NCBI GenBank assembly: GCA_008632985.1
Contig: QPGO01000331.1
Span: 1-53,846, forward strand
Source: Psammoneis japonica
Lineage: Eukaryota
Length of the DNA stretch: 53,846 nt
Direction: 5' to 3'
Shown here: piece after piece, positions 22,758-33,249 of the stretch
Layout of the letters: every line of letters starts with the position of its first letter
How positions within the stretch are numbered: the first letter of the stretch is position 1
Program-made: the position numbers and the translations under genes
The notes under the pieces: model-generated
Told to the model about the DNA's origin: nothing
The model's database searches: none
The model's input: only the letters and a program-made list of their open reading frames with translations

Positions 22758-23340
22758 NNNNNNNNNNNNNNNNNNNNNNNNNNNNNNNNNNNNNNNNNNN
22801 NNNNNNNNNNNNNNNNNNNNNNNNNNNNNNNNNNNNNNNNNNNNNNNNNNNNNNNNNNNNNNNNNNNNNNNNNNNNNNNNNNNNNNNNNNNNNNNNNNNN
22901 NNNNNNNNNNNNNNNNNNNNNNNNNNNNNNNNNNNNNNNNNNNNNNNNNNNNNNNNNNNNNNNNNNNNNNNNNNNNNNNNNNNGTGTGTGTGTTCTTGCC
23001 CTCTCTGGAGCAGAAAATGGAGCACCCCCTTTCAAGAAGAGACCCACATCAAGTTTTGCTTGGTGGTCTTGGGCACAAACTTTGCATGGTTGGAGTTCCC
23101 ATCAAAGGTCCTGTGAGCATCATTTTTTTGTGAGAGGGCAAGGGCCTTTTTTTGTTGGGAACACTTCAAGGGGACCAAACAAATGGAGCTTTGTAAAACA
23201 ACCTGCACTCTTGCATTCGCCGTGGTTGTTCTCTCAGTGCAAAAAGGAGTCTCAGAGGGGCTGCACCTGGCCTCTGAGGGAGCTGATGAGGGGCTCGCAT
23301 TTTGAGCTTGTTGCCTCACTCACTTGTTGGTTGCACTGCA
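21000..23340. other. TpA-free island with no recognisable coding relic
   Basis: No TA seen in 21000-22757 and one in 22984-23340 (manual scan). Rich in TG/CA; contains a (CCAG)n tract at ~21296-21313. Confidence 0.85.
22708..22992. repeat. (TG)n microsatellite spanning an assembly gap (N 22758-22983)
   Basis: GT repeats on both sides of the N run. Confidence 0.95.
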
Positions 23341-24091
23341 GCATGCCTTAGAGTGTGCCGTTGTGATTGTAAAAGCAGTGCTAGGTTGTGAGCAGCTGAG
23401 CTGCTTCCACATAAACAGAGGCAACACATTTTGTACGACGGAGCACGCAGCATGTGCGCGCGAAGATGGCGGCTTACTCTGCACTTTCTACTCTAGAGCG
23501 GCTAGAGTTGTTGACTTCAATGACAGCTACAGTTGTGCGTCACTCTGCTTTTGAAAGGCATACTGTAAGTCAAGAGATTCCAGCTTCAGCCAAGCATTTC
23601 AAATGGCCCGCTTCGACTACCTTTGCTTCTCGTTAGTAAAAGTTCGAATCAAAACCTTCATCATCATGCATTTGGCTAGAAACTATCGCTAGATACTTGA
23701 GCTGTTGCACAAATGAGTGCCAGTGTGCTTAGCTCCCCATCTTCTGAAACCAAAAGTCATGACAAATCCAACTCGTTGTTTTGATCCTCGTCAATCGCCA
23801 CCTTTTTCCACAGCGGTTCATTCCGTCCATGTAGTCCTCGCTTCATCCATTGAATGCTGAACAATTTGAGAAAATTGCCATCAATCTCAAAGTAATATCA
23901 TCGTCCAATAGACCACACGCGCCACCAATTCCGCTTCTTTCTGCGCGCTTGCTCAGTTGGTAGGTCTACCATGAGATGGATCCTGAATGACCCAAAAAAT
24001 CTTTGAAGAATAATTGTCTTGCTTCGGCTTCAGAAGACCGGCACTCGCATCGACGCTTTTCCGTATCCAAGACATATGTTTCTCTTCTATC

Positions 24092-25606
24092 TCATTTGCT
24101 ATTGCTGACAGCGCTTCGTCTCAATAAGTACTCCTTGAGTTCGACATTGTTTTCTGTCTCGTAGTCAAGAAATTGCCTTACTGCATCTCGAAGCCCAGGG
24201 TGACATATATAGTGCGAGGAATGAATCAATGCAGGATCAAAGCCTCTCGCCCACTTGTAATCTAACATGCATTTTGTCCGTCAAAGCAGAAAGTAAATAT
24301 GTGAAAGGGTAAGTACCCAGACGAATTCAAACGCGAATACTCTTCCTTACCTCCACCACCAGCACCAGGTTCCATACGCTTCAGCCCATTTTTGATACAG
24401 TATTCAATTGCTGACCAATAGCAACACTCAAAATGCAAATTCTTGATCTCTCTCCCCGGAAGACAGCCCCAGTATCGACCGTAGAAAAACTCCATCCTTG
24501 ACAATGTTCAATGTTCCCGCAAAGACATCGTCTGCACGTAGCTTGTCTCCGGCAGATTTGTCCCGCGCACACAGAAAGCACAGGTTATGAATGAAGTCTC
24601 CCTTCACCAGGCACTGAAAGAAGTCGAGAGTCAGGTATTGTCGACCGTAAAACATCCGATTGACTGTAGACACATATATTTCGAACATGCGTTCCACCAA
24701 TCCATCGTGCTTCAGTATATCGCTTCCAGTCACGGCGTCGATTCGTACATTTTCGTCTTGTACAACCTTTTGCCGTTCTCGACGAATGTTGATTCGCCGT
24801 TTACTTTTGAAGCATTTCAAATAGTCCTCAAAGGACTTGTACGGCTTCCCGTCGTTGTTTGGATTGCTATTTGTCCAATGATATTGAAGCGACGTACGTC
24901 GCAAGTAGTCGTCCTTGTTCTTATTGAGTTTCGTCAGTACAGCCTTGAGCTTACCTCCCAAAGAGCCTTTTTCCTCTTTCTCGTTCACTTCCTTAGCTTT
25001 AGGGAGTTCGCCTGAAAGGTGTGTTGCCTCATCGTGAGTCAGGAAGTTGAAATGAACACTGGAAATGTTATTTGATTCAACAAGTCGTCGCAAAAAGGAA
25101 CCAACCATGACAGTGAGATTAGCGATCTCCTCTTTTGAAAATGTCTCTCTGATTTCCGGATGGAACATTATCCGTGCTCCAGTGGCCGGTGTAAAGGGTA
25201 CGCCGACTAGTAGCTTTGGATAGTATTTGATGCCATTCTGATACGCGGCTTCGGCCCACGCATCGTCGAAAATGAATTCTCCGTTGGAATGATTTTTGAC
25301 ATAGAGAGGGATATATCCGCGTACCGCTCCATCGATCTTCAGTGACAAGTGCTGAGGGACCCAACCAGTCTGTGGCGACACGCATTTGGATTCTTCGAGA
25401 CAGCACAAAAACGCGTGTTCCAAGAACGGAGAGGAAGATCCATCAGGTGCAAGACAATTATTCCATTCCTTCGCAGGAATGTCGGAAATTGACGGGTTCA
25501 GTTCAAATTCCACTTTCCGTTTCTTAGTTGGCGGTGCGGTCGCCAACGCATCTGTGTATGATGCAACCAAATACAGCAGCCATCCGCAAACAAGCAGCGG
25601 GCTCAT
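24092..25606 (-). CDS. DUF482/FemAB-like GNAT-fold protein, probably plastid-targeted
   Basis: SPFLEHAFL...GWVPQHL, PLYVKNHSNGEFIFDDAWA, YYPKLLVGVPFTPATG, YGRYWG, LHFECCY, EPGAGG|DYKWARGFDP. Intron 24262-24350; 1-nt indel near 24488. Signal peptide MSPLLVCGWLLYLVASYTDA-L. Confidence 0.85.
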
Positions 25607-26069
25607 GGTGAAGAATGTGGAAATGGTCTGGAAAAGATCGATACTGTAGATAGATACAGTAGATCATCGTTCGGGGGTGAATGACGTGGCAAAATTCCAA
25701 ATGTTAGTTTTACGCTTTCGAGTATGAATATAAACATAAAGTACTGCAATAACAATGTTCGTCCCCGTAACTTTTTATGTATGTGTTTTAGTCGAATCAT
25801 TCGTACGTCAGATGAATGAGGAGAAAAATGGCGCGCCGGATTTTTTCGTCGGCACGTCTTCCGTCTATCTCACACGAAACAATGCACGAAGCACATTCGG
25901 CCAACATCCAACATGCAACATCATCTTTCACAACACAAAACGAATGTACCGAGTTTATTGTGCTTTCTACAACAGCGCATTTCCTGTTCGAATAATCAAG
26001 GTTCCTCCCCGTATCGACACGATTGTCTCTACTTCATTTCTCTCCCGTTCTCTACTCTCCCTCCTCAGC

Positions 26070-26614
26070 ATGTCGTCATCGATGCAAAATCAAGAAACCA
26101 ATGTCCTGAAGGTGAAGCTCCTGTCGGACAACGCCACCATGCCCAAAAAAGGATCGCCGCTGTCTGCCGGTTTCGATCTTTCCAGTGCTCAAGACATTAT
26201 CGTCAAGGCCAACGGTGGAAGGGCTGTCGTCAAGACGGGTCTCTCCGTTGCGTGTCCTCCAGGAACTTATGCTCGCATTGCTCCACGTAGCGGTCTCGCA
26301 GTCAAGAAGGGCATTGACTGTGGAGCCGGAGTCGTTGATGCCGACTACCGCGGCGAGGTCGGGGTCGTCCTCTTCAACTTTGAACTGAAGACTTTGAAGT
26401 CAAAGTAGGTGATCGCATTGCGCAAATGATTCTGGAGGAGGTGTCCATGGTGCCTGCCGTTCAGGTCGACGATCTCGATGACACCCAACGTGGGGCTGGA
26501 GGATTCGGAAGCACCGGAGTGGCTACTGGCGACGAGACGCTCACCAAGAAACCAAGGACTGTGTCGCCCATGGAGGATCCTACTGTCCCCACAGTCAATC
26601 CTTCCGAAGGTTAG
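26070..26614 (+). CDS. DUT: dUTP pyrophosphatase (trimeric dUTPase)
   Basis: [41 protein letters not shown] and [10 protein letters not shown] motifs. 1-nt deletion near 26392. Confidence 0.95.
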
Positions 26615-26682
26615 CGTCGTGTATCAACGGTACGAAAGCAATACTTGTACTTGAGAGTAAAACAGTTTAGTAGTCCAAACAA

Positions 26683-28317
26683 TTATCGTCTAGACATTTC
26701 CGTTGGAAGCGAAACTATACCCTTGCACGCCAAATGAGGCATGGCGTTTCCAAATCCTGTACGCAAAACAAATTCCTTAGCATCACTGCCGCACAGAGTC
26801 CACAGCAGTTCGTTCGTCAGTCGTTTGGTGTGAGATTCCGTCCACGTTTGAAGGCGTATCAATTTCCAACGCAATGTGCCCTTTTCTGCATCCAAGGGAG
26901 ACATGTTTTTGGCACCAATAATGTCACTGGTTGATCGACGTAACTCTTCTCGAGCCTTCTTCTGAAATGCTTCTTCGCGTTCAGGCGGAAAGACGTAGCT
27001 CTTGACCATTTTGAGTGCGTCAGGGTTGGCGATGGATACGTTGTTCAGAACAATGAGGATGGGAGTGAGAGTTGCAGCTGCTTGGGTTCCACTTTTGCGG
27101 TTATCAACCACGTCTGTAACCAATTCTTCAAAAAGAGCAAGGAGTGGATTCATACATTGTTGCTGTACCAAGTACATACTGAAACCAGGTGGCGCGTCCA
27201 TAAGCATCGAGACAAGCGAAATCTTGCACTCCGTAACACGGCTGTTGCCCTGGTCAGATAGTTGGAGAACGCTGATCACGAGTTGATTCGCCATTCTTTC
27301 TTCATCAGAACGCAGTAGGTTTGCCCCAGCACGGAGCGTAAACAAAATTTGGAGACAAATGGACAAAATATCGGCCCTTCGATCTCTGCTGTCGCCAGGA
27401 AACTTTGGGTCCGAATTCAGGCACCAATTCGAGATGCTCACAAGAAGTAACTCTAAATCCAGTTTGCTACTCCTGTTTTCCAACCAGGGAGCATCACATT
27501 CTTCGTATAGCTTCAGATACGCATTGATTTGATGAGATGCGCCCTGCACAGACGTTACCAAGTTGTGTACGTGTCGCACCAGTGTCAAAACAAAGTCTGG
27601 AGGCCTCGCTTGCAGCAAGAGCTCCGCCAACACTTTCAGAAAATTCAAGTCAGTCACCAAGTGTGTTAGTGACATTGCAATGAAAGAATCGCCCATTGGA
27701 TTGTAAGTCGAGTAAAATAGCGCAAGAGACGCAAATCTAGCCGAGTCGTTTTGTCGCGATTCAAGCAGCGCGAGATAAGAGTCGAGCATGCCATGTGAGG
27801 AAAGCCTATGGATGAATGATTTGTCCGGTCGAGATTCGAGCCGAGGCAAAATGACCTGACTGTTGTAACGAAGAAGATTCTTTGATGCACGCAGGAGCTC
27901 CGCTATTGTTCGCAGCTCTTCCGTGTCTTTGATTGAATTAAAATTGGCTCGTACGAATGATGCGGCGTTGCTCGCTGCTTTATCTGCGACGGCGTCAGAA
28001 TCAATGGTTCCAGAGAACACTACCGCACTGTCGTAGTTGAATATCATTCCTTCATGGCAGCAGAGCCTTAACATGGAGAACACAAGAAGATTTCCCAGGA
28101 GTATCGCCGTGAGTTCCAATTTGCCCGGTTCGGGTTCGGAAAGATTTATTGCCTCCGACGCGCTGTTGCAGAAGGAAGCCTCGACGTTGTCGTTCCACAG
28201 TCGGACTGCGGCTAAATTAAACTGTCTTTTATGATCGTTTGGCTTGTTGATGCTCAACGCATGGTGCAGAGACTCAACAAATTCCATTGCATTTGAGTTC
28301 CAAGCAGGTCCAAGCAT
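26683..28317 (-). CDS. RIC8: Ric-8/synembryn-like G-alpha GEF/chaperone (ARM-repeat)
   Basis: C-terminal GTLRWKLIRLQT...KRLTNELLWTLC...EFVLRTGFGNAMPHL matches the Ric-8 signature (TLRNKLVRLMT...AAEFLFVLC...TGYGNAAG.L). Confidence 0.75.
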   Translation of the reverse strand: MLGPAWNSNAMEFVESLHHALSINKPNDHKRQFNLAAVRLWNDNVEASFCNSASEAINLSEPEPGKLELTAILLGNLLVFSMLRLCCHEGMIFNYDSAVVFSGTIDSDAVADKAASNAASFVRANFNSIKDTEELRTIAELLRASKNLLRYNSQVILPRLESRPDKSFIHRLSSHGMLDSYLALLESRQNDSARFASLALFYSTYNPMGDSFIAMSLTHLVTDLNFLKVLAELLLQARPPDFVLTLVRHVHNLVTSVQGASHQINAYLKLYEECDAPWLENRSSKLDLELLLVSISNWCLNSDPKFPGDSRDRRADILSICLQILFTLRAGANLLRSDEERMANQLVISVLQLSDQGNSRVTECKISLVSMLMDAPPGFSMYLVQQQCMNPLLALFEELVTDVVDNRKSGTQAAATLTPILIVLNNVSIANPDALKMVKSYVFPPEREEAFQKKAREELRRSTSDIIGAKNMSPLDAEKGTLRWKLIRLQTWTESHTKRLTNELLWTLCGSDAKEFVLRTGFGNAMPHLACKGIVSLPTEMSRR

Positions 28318-29062
28318 CGCAAATGTTTGTGTGATAATTTTAGTTGGGAGTGGGAGAGTTGAGGGCGGGAGCGCAGCCAGCTATCATGCCCAACCCCGGC
28401 CGTTTTTTAAAATTAAAAAGAATGCATTTCTAACATACTACCGTAGTACCAAGTTCCATTTCCAACCGACTACTTAGACCCTAATACCAAGCTCTCGACA
28501 AGTTGTGGGGTCGTAAGCATAGCAGAGGATCACGTTAGTTAGTTATAGAGTTATCACTCTAGAATTCGTCCCTCGCACTTTCCCGTGTAATAAACGTGCT
28601 CAGCGAAAAGTTCGTTCCATTTCAAATACCCGATACCTTGTTTCAAAAACCCAATACCATGAACATTACACACCTTTTCCATTCTCACAAGACATTGTTG
28701 GTTTAAAGTTCAGGAGACCGACAATACTCGTAAAGTATCTGGGTATTTCTGTCTCCCGACTGACGACACTCGTGCTCGTGATTCGAAGTCACGAGTGAAG
28801 AAATGTGACCGATTTGTATAGATCTTGCCGAGATGGACCATCCATCAAAACAAACCTATTTCATAGCTACGATACACTTCATTAATACAATATTCTGCCT
28901 CTCTACAATCTTCAGTCCCGTTAAAATAGGTCTGTTTGAACATTTCCTGGTCACTCTACAGAGCTCTTGTATGTACACAGCGCCGCTGCCTTTCGCATGG
29001 AAAATTTGAGTTTCTCAGCGGCAAGAGCAACTGTTCATTTCTTTGCCCTTCCAATGAGACAA

Positions 29063-31017
29063 CTAGAAGTCGTTGAGTACCAACAACGACTCATCAAGTT
29101 GAAGCGCAGCATTGTCAAGTCGCTCGAGTCCTCGACAAAACTTGTTGTAATTGACCTTGTCCAGCTCGTGATCATTTTCGTCCGTCGTGCCTGTCCTTGC
29201 TTCTTTTGCCCGTTCGATCCAATCTTTCCCGACCTCCATCTCGTGCTGTCGTCGAAGGCGGATACGAAAAAGCGCCGTAGTCACGTTGTTTGACACGGTA
29301 CGGAGTATCCGTGTGCGGTCGACGGACCAAAGATATATAGCATTAGCTGGATTGTGCTGTTTGGACTGCTGGAGACTCATCAGTTGGATATAATTTGATC
29401 TGTACAATCGATGAAGTACCTGTAAGAAGAATAGCAACGTTCGTTAGTTCAAACAATTTCGTGACGTGGGTAGAGGTCTTACCACTTTAGATGTGGGCTT
29501 CAACGTACCTCTCGAACGTCTTTGGCTGGAACCATTGCAGCTTCCGCAATGGCATCCGACTCTTGTTGACCTGAAACTTGTAGATATGAACAGATTCTCG
29601 CCGCTACTTCTCCTTGGCTGTCCAGAACTATTTGATGCAGAAGTCGCTCCTTTAAGTGGCTCACTAAGGAGTCCACGGCGATTTGAAATCTGCCACCTTG
29701 GGGGTGTCCTTCTGCCACTTCAACTTCAATCAACACCATTGGCCAAGTAAACTTAGATAGTTCCAAAAGTGCGTTGGACAGATTAAAAACAATCGAACTC
29801 ATGTTTCGACTGGTGTCGCCACTACCTGCCTCGAGAGCCTCTCTAACCGGGATGGGAAGATAAGGAATGATATCTCCGGGACAAAACATTCCTTCCGCAT
29901 TTCCTCCGTCGTCTTGAGGTCCTATCTTGCCATGCCGGCAATGCGCAACATATTGGAGCGCCGCAGTCACCATGGATCCGCACCTTGGGACTTTGTGGCC
30001 GTACCGTTCGGACACGAGGCGTCCTAGGCAGAAAGCCCGCAGAGCATGATGGTATCTAGCTACATTTACCCGCCAGATAGCGTCAAGTGGCAACTGCAGG
30101 CGATACGGTGTTCCCTGAAGCATCGATACGATCTTCTGTTGGATGGGATCTTTTTGTTCTTCCACTCGTTTCAAGGTGTTCGTCGTCTTTCGTCGCTTTT
30201 CTGGTGGCAGTGGGATTTCTGGCGTCGTTGTCTCATCAACAAATTCCAGTTCCTCTGTCTCGTCTCCAGACATTATTGACGTAGTCCGCTCGATGAAACC
30301 GCCTGAAGCCATGCGGACAAAGCTTTCAACAACTCCCTTGATTGTATCCTCCTTCTCGGTCTCGGTCATGACCGTATTGGCTTGCTGCATAATAGCATCA
30401 ACTGCGCCAGAAACAGCCTTAAGGGTTTCCATGCGTCCGTTCACAAGTAACTCCTCGACAAGAGCGGCTCCCTTGTCGTCCACGGTTTTCCTCGTGTACT
30501 CGATGTATCGCGCATACCTCGGCAAAAGTCTTGCACGACAAACGTCAAAGCTATAGTGATAGGTCGATGCATTGTATCTCTTCCGCTTGTTACCTACAGT
30601 GTCCTTGACCCTCTCTACTACATGGATCTTCACTAGAGAGTGCTGCAAAAGAACGAGGAGAGAGGCACGGATTGACTCGGTCTCCACGACGTATCCGGCA
30701 CTTTCTGGGCCACGAGCTCGGTGAACGCGAAAGTGAGCATGTCGCTGCTGAGAGTCATGCTTCTTCCTCTTAACCAAACGGCCCACTAAGCGCTCACGCT
30801 CTTCATTCCACTCCCTGCAACATCTACTACGAACGCTTGAAACCAGTTGAGACAGCGATGAAGTTCCTCCTCGACTTTGCAAACAGTCGGCCACCGTTTG
30901 GACTATTGGGCCAAAATGATCTCGAATGCAGTTCGACGCTAGCGAGATAGAGGGGTCGTGTGCAAGCGGAGCCAACGGCGAAGTATGCACGAAACCTCCA
31001 AACGGGTTGCTGGCCAT
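29063..31017 (-). CDS. POLR3C: RNA polymerase III subunit RPC3 (C82/RPC62)
   Basis: CIRDHFGPIVQTVADCLQSRG, IRASLLVLLQHSLV, LPRYARYI, VEELLVNG, WRVN, GEVAARI...IAEAAMVPAKDVRE|VLHRLY and YLWSVD. Intron 29420-29508. Confidence 0.9.
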
Positions 31018-31868
31018 GGTGTCTCCTGCCTTCGTTGTGTCGTCTTTTGCTCGGCGCTGGGCGGGCGCCGCGCGCCTGGCGCCACCCGCCGCAACCCGTA
31101 CCCTGGAAACCCGCGCAATCAACGCGCAACCCACTCCCGGCTTGCCCGCCGTCGCAAAGTAGAAGTACTGTAGAGATAGATGACGCGGACGCTGATAGAG
31201 GCAATGCAAATAATGTATCTCTATCTCTACTAGAGGGCCTAGAGAGTAGAGAGCTACTCTAGCTGAGATAGCCCTAGAGCTGGCAGGTTGGCTTAGCTGG
31301 GATGCGATGCCACCTGTAGCCAGCTACTTCTAATATCACAATGAAGAGTACTCTTCTACCGGAATGGATTCAACAAGTTTAAACTGGAATCGATAATACG
31401 GTAGGAAAGGCATAATCTCTCATTTTAAATATACTGTTAAAATACATTCCACGTGGCAAGGACCTCGGGCCCCTTGCTTCGCGCCCAATAGCGATGCATT
31501 GCTTGCCAACGCTCTACGCCACTGCTACTGTTGGGACTTTCATTGTGAGGCTCTTCAAGGACGATCCTTGCACCAGTAGAAAGGACTAGACCTGGAGAGA
31601 GTTACTTCTACTAATTATCGCTGATCTGTCGAAAGACACTTCAGTCAAAGAGTGACAGAATCTAATTCTCGTTGTCGACACATAACCATGAGTTCACGCA
31701 ATTCGAATACGGAAGTAGGCTAATCTCTCTTGCAGGATCACACAGTGGCAGATCAATTGGTGAATAGCTCACGCCATTTTCCAACACATAAGGTTTACAT
31801 AAAGACGACCAAGAAATTGCAGCTGCATTCACTGTCGTAAGATCAAGACGTGGCTTGCAAGAACCGCA

Positions 31869-32636
31869 TCAATATTGCTCTTCCTCGTCCAATAATCCAG
31901 TGGTTTCGACGTCGGCCATTCGATTCGTCGTCTCCGCCATCTGCATAAGATTTGTGTTCTTAGGGACGTCCTTGGCAATTGCTCGAACGGACAAAGCGTT
32001 GGTCACAGACGTGCCGATGACCAACGGGAGCGGGTTGGCTAATAGCATCGATGCTCCCATACCAATGTAGGAGGGCAAAACGAGTGCACACACTTTTTTG
32101 TCGTTTTCGCGAAGCGACAGCAATCTGATTGGCTCGAAGAGCTCGTGTACTTCTTGCTCTCTGTCAAGGTCGTTTTCTTCCGCATGGCGAATCACGCATT
32201 GAATTAGCTTCTTGCATAGTATCTGAGCAACGTCATTGATCTCCTTCCCTTGCGAGGGCGGAGGCCATTTCTGTGCCGACAGCGCTAACAAGGCGCTAAG
32301 CTGTGCGTAAGAACAGATCACGTGTTCCTCTGCGCCAGTTTTCACGGTTTTCGTGCCGTCTTCCTGCCTTACAAGCAGGTAATCGCTGAAATCCTCCTTT
32401 GATATTGCATCTTTCAGAGCTTCCGCAGGAAACACTTCCGGGGCACTCAACATGGCATACAGCAACGAGTGCTCCACTGGAGTGACAAAGCCTCTGGATG
32501 GATATCGAAAATCTCTGCTGTTTCTTTGAATGTTCTTTAAAGCAACGGCTTCGGAGCCAACAGCGTTGGGGTTCTTCCTGCTCTTTGTTCTATTTCTGCT
32601 CCACATTGTGTCGTTCCCGTTAGCAATCACCGGCAC
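31869..32636 (-). CDS. Hypothetical protein
   Basis: 255-aa ORF with normal composition and a hydrophobic segment YIGMGASMLLANPLPLVIG. True start unclear. Confidence 0.55.
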   Translation of the reverse strand: MPVIANGNDTMWSRNRTKSRKNPNAVGSEAVALKNIQRNSRDFRYPSRGFVTPVEHSLLYAMLSAPEVFPAEALKDAISKEDFSDYLLVRQEDGTKTVKTGAEEHVICSYAQLSALLALSAQKWPPPSQGKEINDVAQILCKKLIQCVIRHAEENDLDREQEVHELFEPIRLLSLRENDKKVCALVLPSYIGMGASMLLANPLPLVIGTSVTNALSVRAIAKDVPKNTNLMQMAETTNRMADVETTGLLDEEEQY

Positions 32637-32884
32637 TTTTTGTCTTGGTGTTTTGAAGCTCGTCTTCTTTCTCCTTTGTCATCGGCGAATAGTTTCATCA
32701 TCGTATGAGGGGAAATGACTTGCTGACGCCCTGGCCGAAGATGAATGCATCATGTTGGATGCTTGCTTGCTGGGTTTGTTGGTTTGTCCGTCTCATTTTT
32801 GTGTACTCCCAGTGGCCGCGTACAGTACGTTCGATCGCTTAGCTTGAGTGCATTCAGCGCTCACGCGCCCCGCCGCCCAAGCCA

Positions 32885-33130
32885 AGTATGGTACCGGTAA
32901 TAAAATACACTGTAGTGTAGCTCCTCTATCTACTAACTCTACTACTTAGTAGCTAGCTACTTAAGAGATTAGGTAATGTAGAGACTCTCTATTCATAGCT
33001 AGCTAGCTAGGCCCTACAGTCCCTTGACGCGCCCGCGGAGGTCCGGCAGAGAAAATGCAGCAATGTCCTAATCGCATTCTCTCTCTCTAGCTAGAGACCT
33101 ATAGTACTTGTAATAGAGAGTCCAAGACAA
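32885..33130. promoter_or_regulatory. TA/CTAG-rich intergenic patch (one of several)
   Basis: TAGTAGCTAGCTACT and TAGCTAGCTAGCTAGGCCCTAC. Similar patches at ~1550-1860, 7690-7724, 16500-16800, 31155-31335, 35955-36065 and 47725-48050. Regulatory role is inferred only. Confidence 0.35.
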
Positions 33131-33249
33131 CAGTAAATTATAAAACCGTAGATCATGTGAAAAATGACCTGAAACACATTAAAATTGTACCTTGGCGCTA
33201 GTGCGAAGAAAGCGTTGCAAATTTCTGCATCGTTGTACAAGGGTGGACG

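Noticed and set aside
22282..23351. Poly-CV/HT ORFs
   Set aside because: Translations of the (TG)n microsatellite and the N gap.
26070..26614. dUTPase as a viral/TE passenger or part of the mutator; programmed frameshift
   Set aside because: It sits among housekeeping genes with normal composition. Nothing links it to the islands, and the indel matches the window-wide error pattern.
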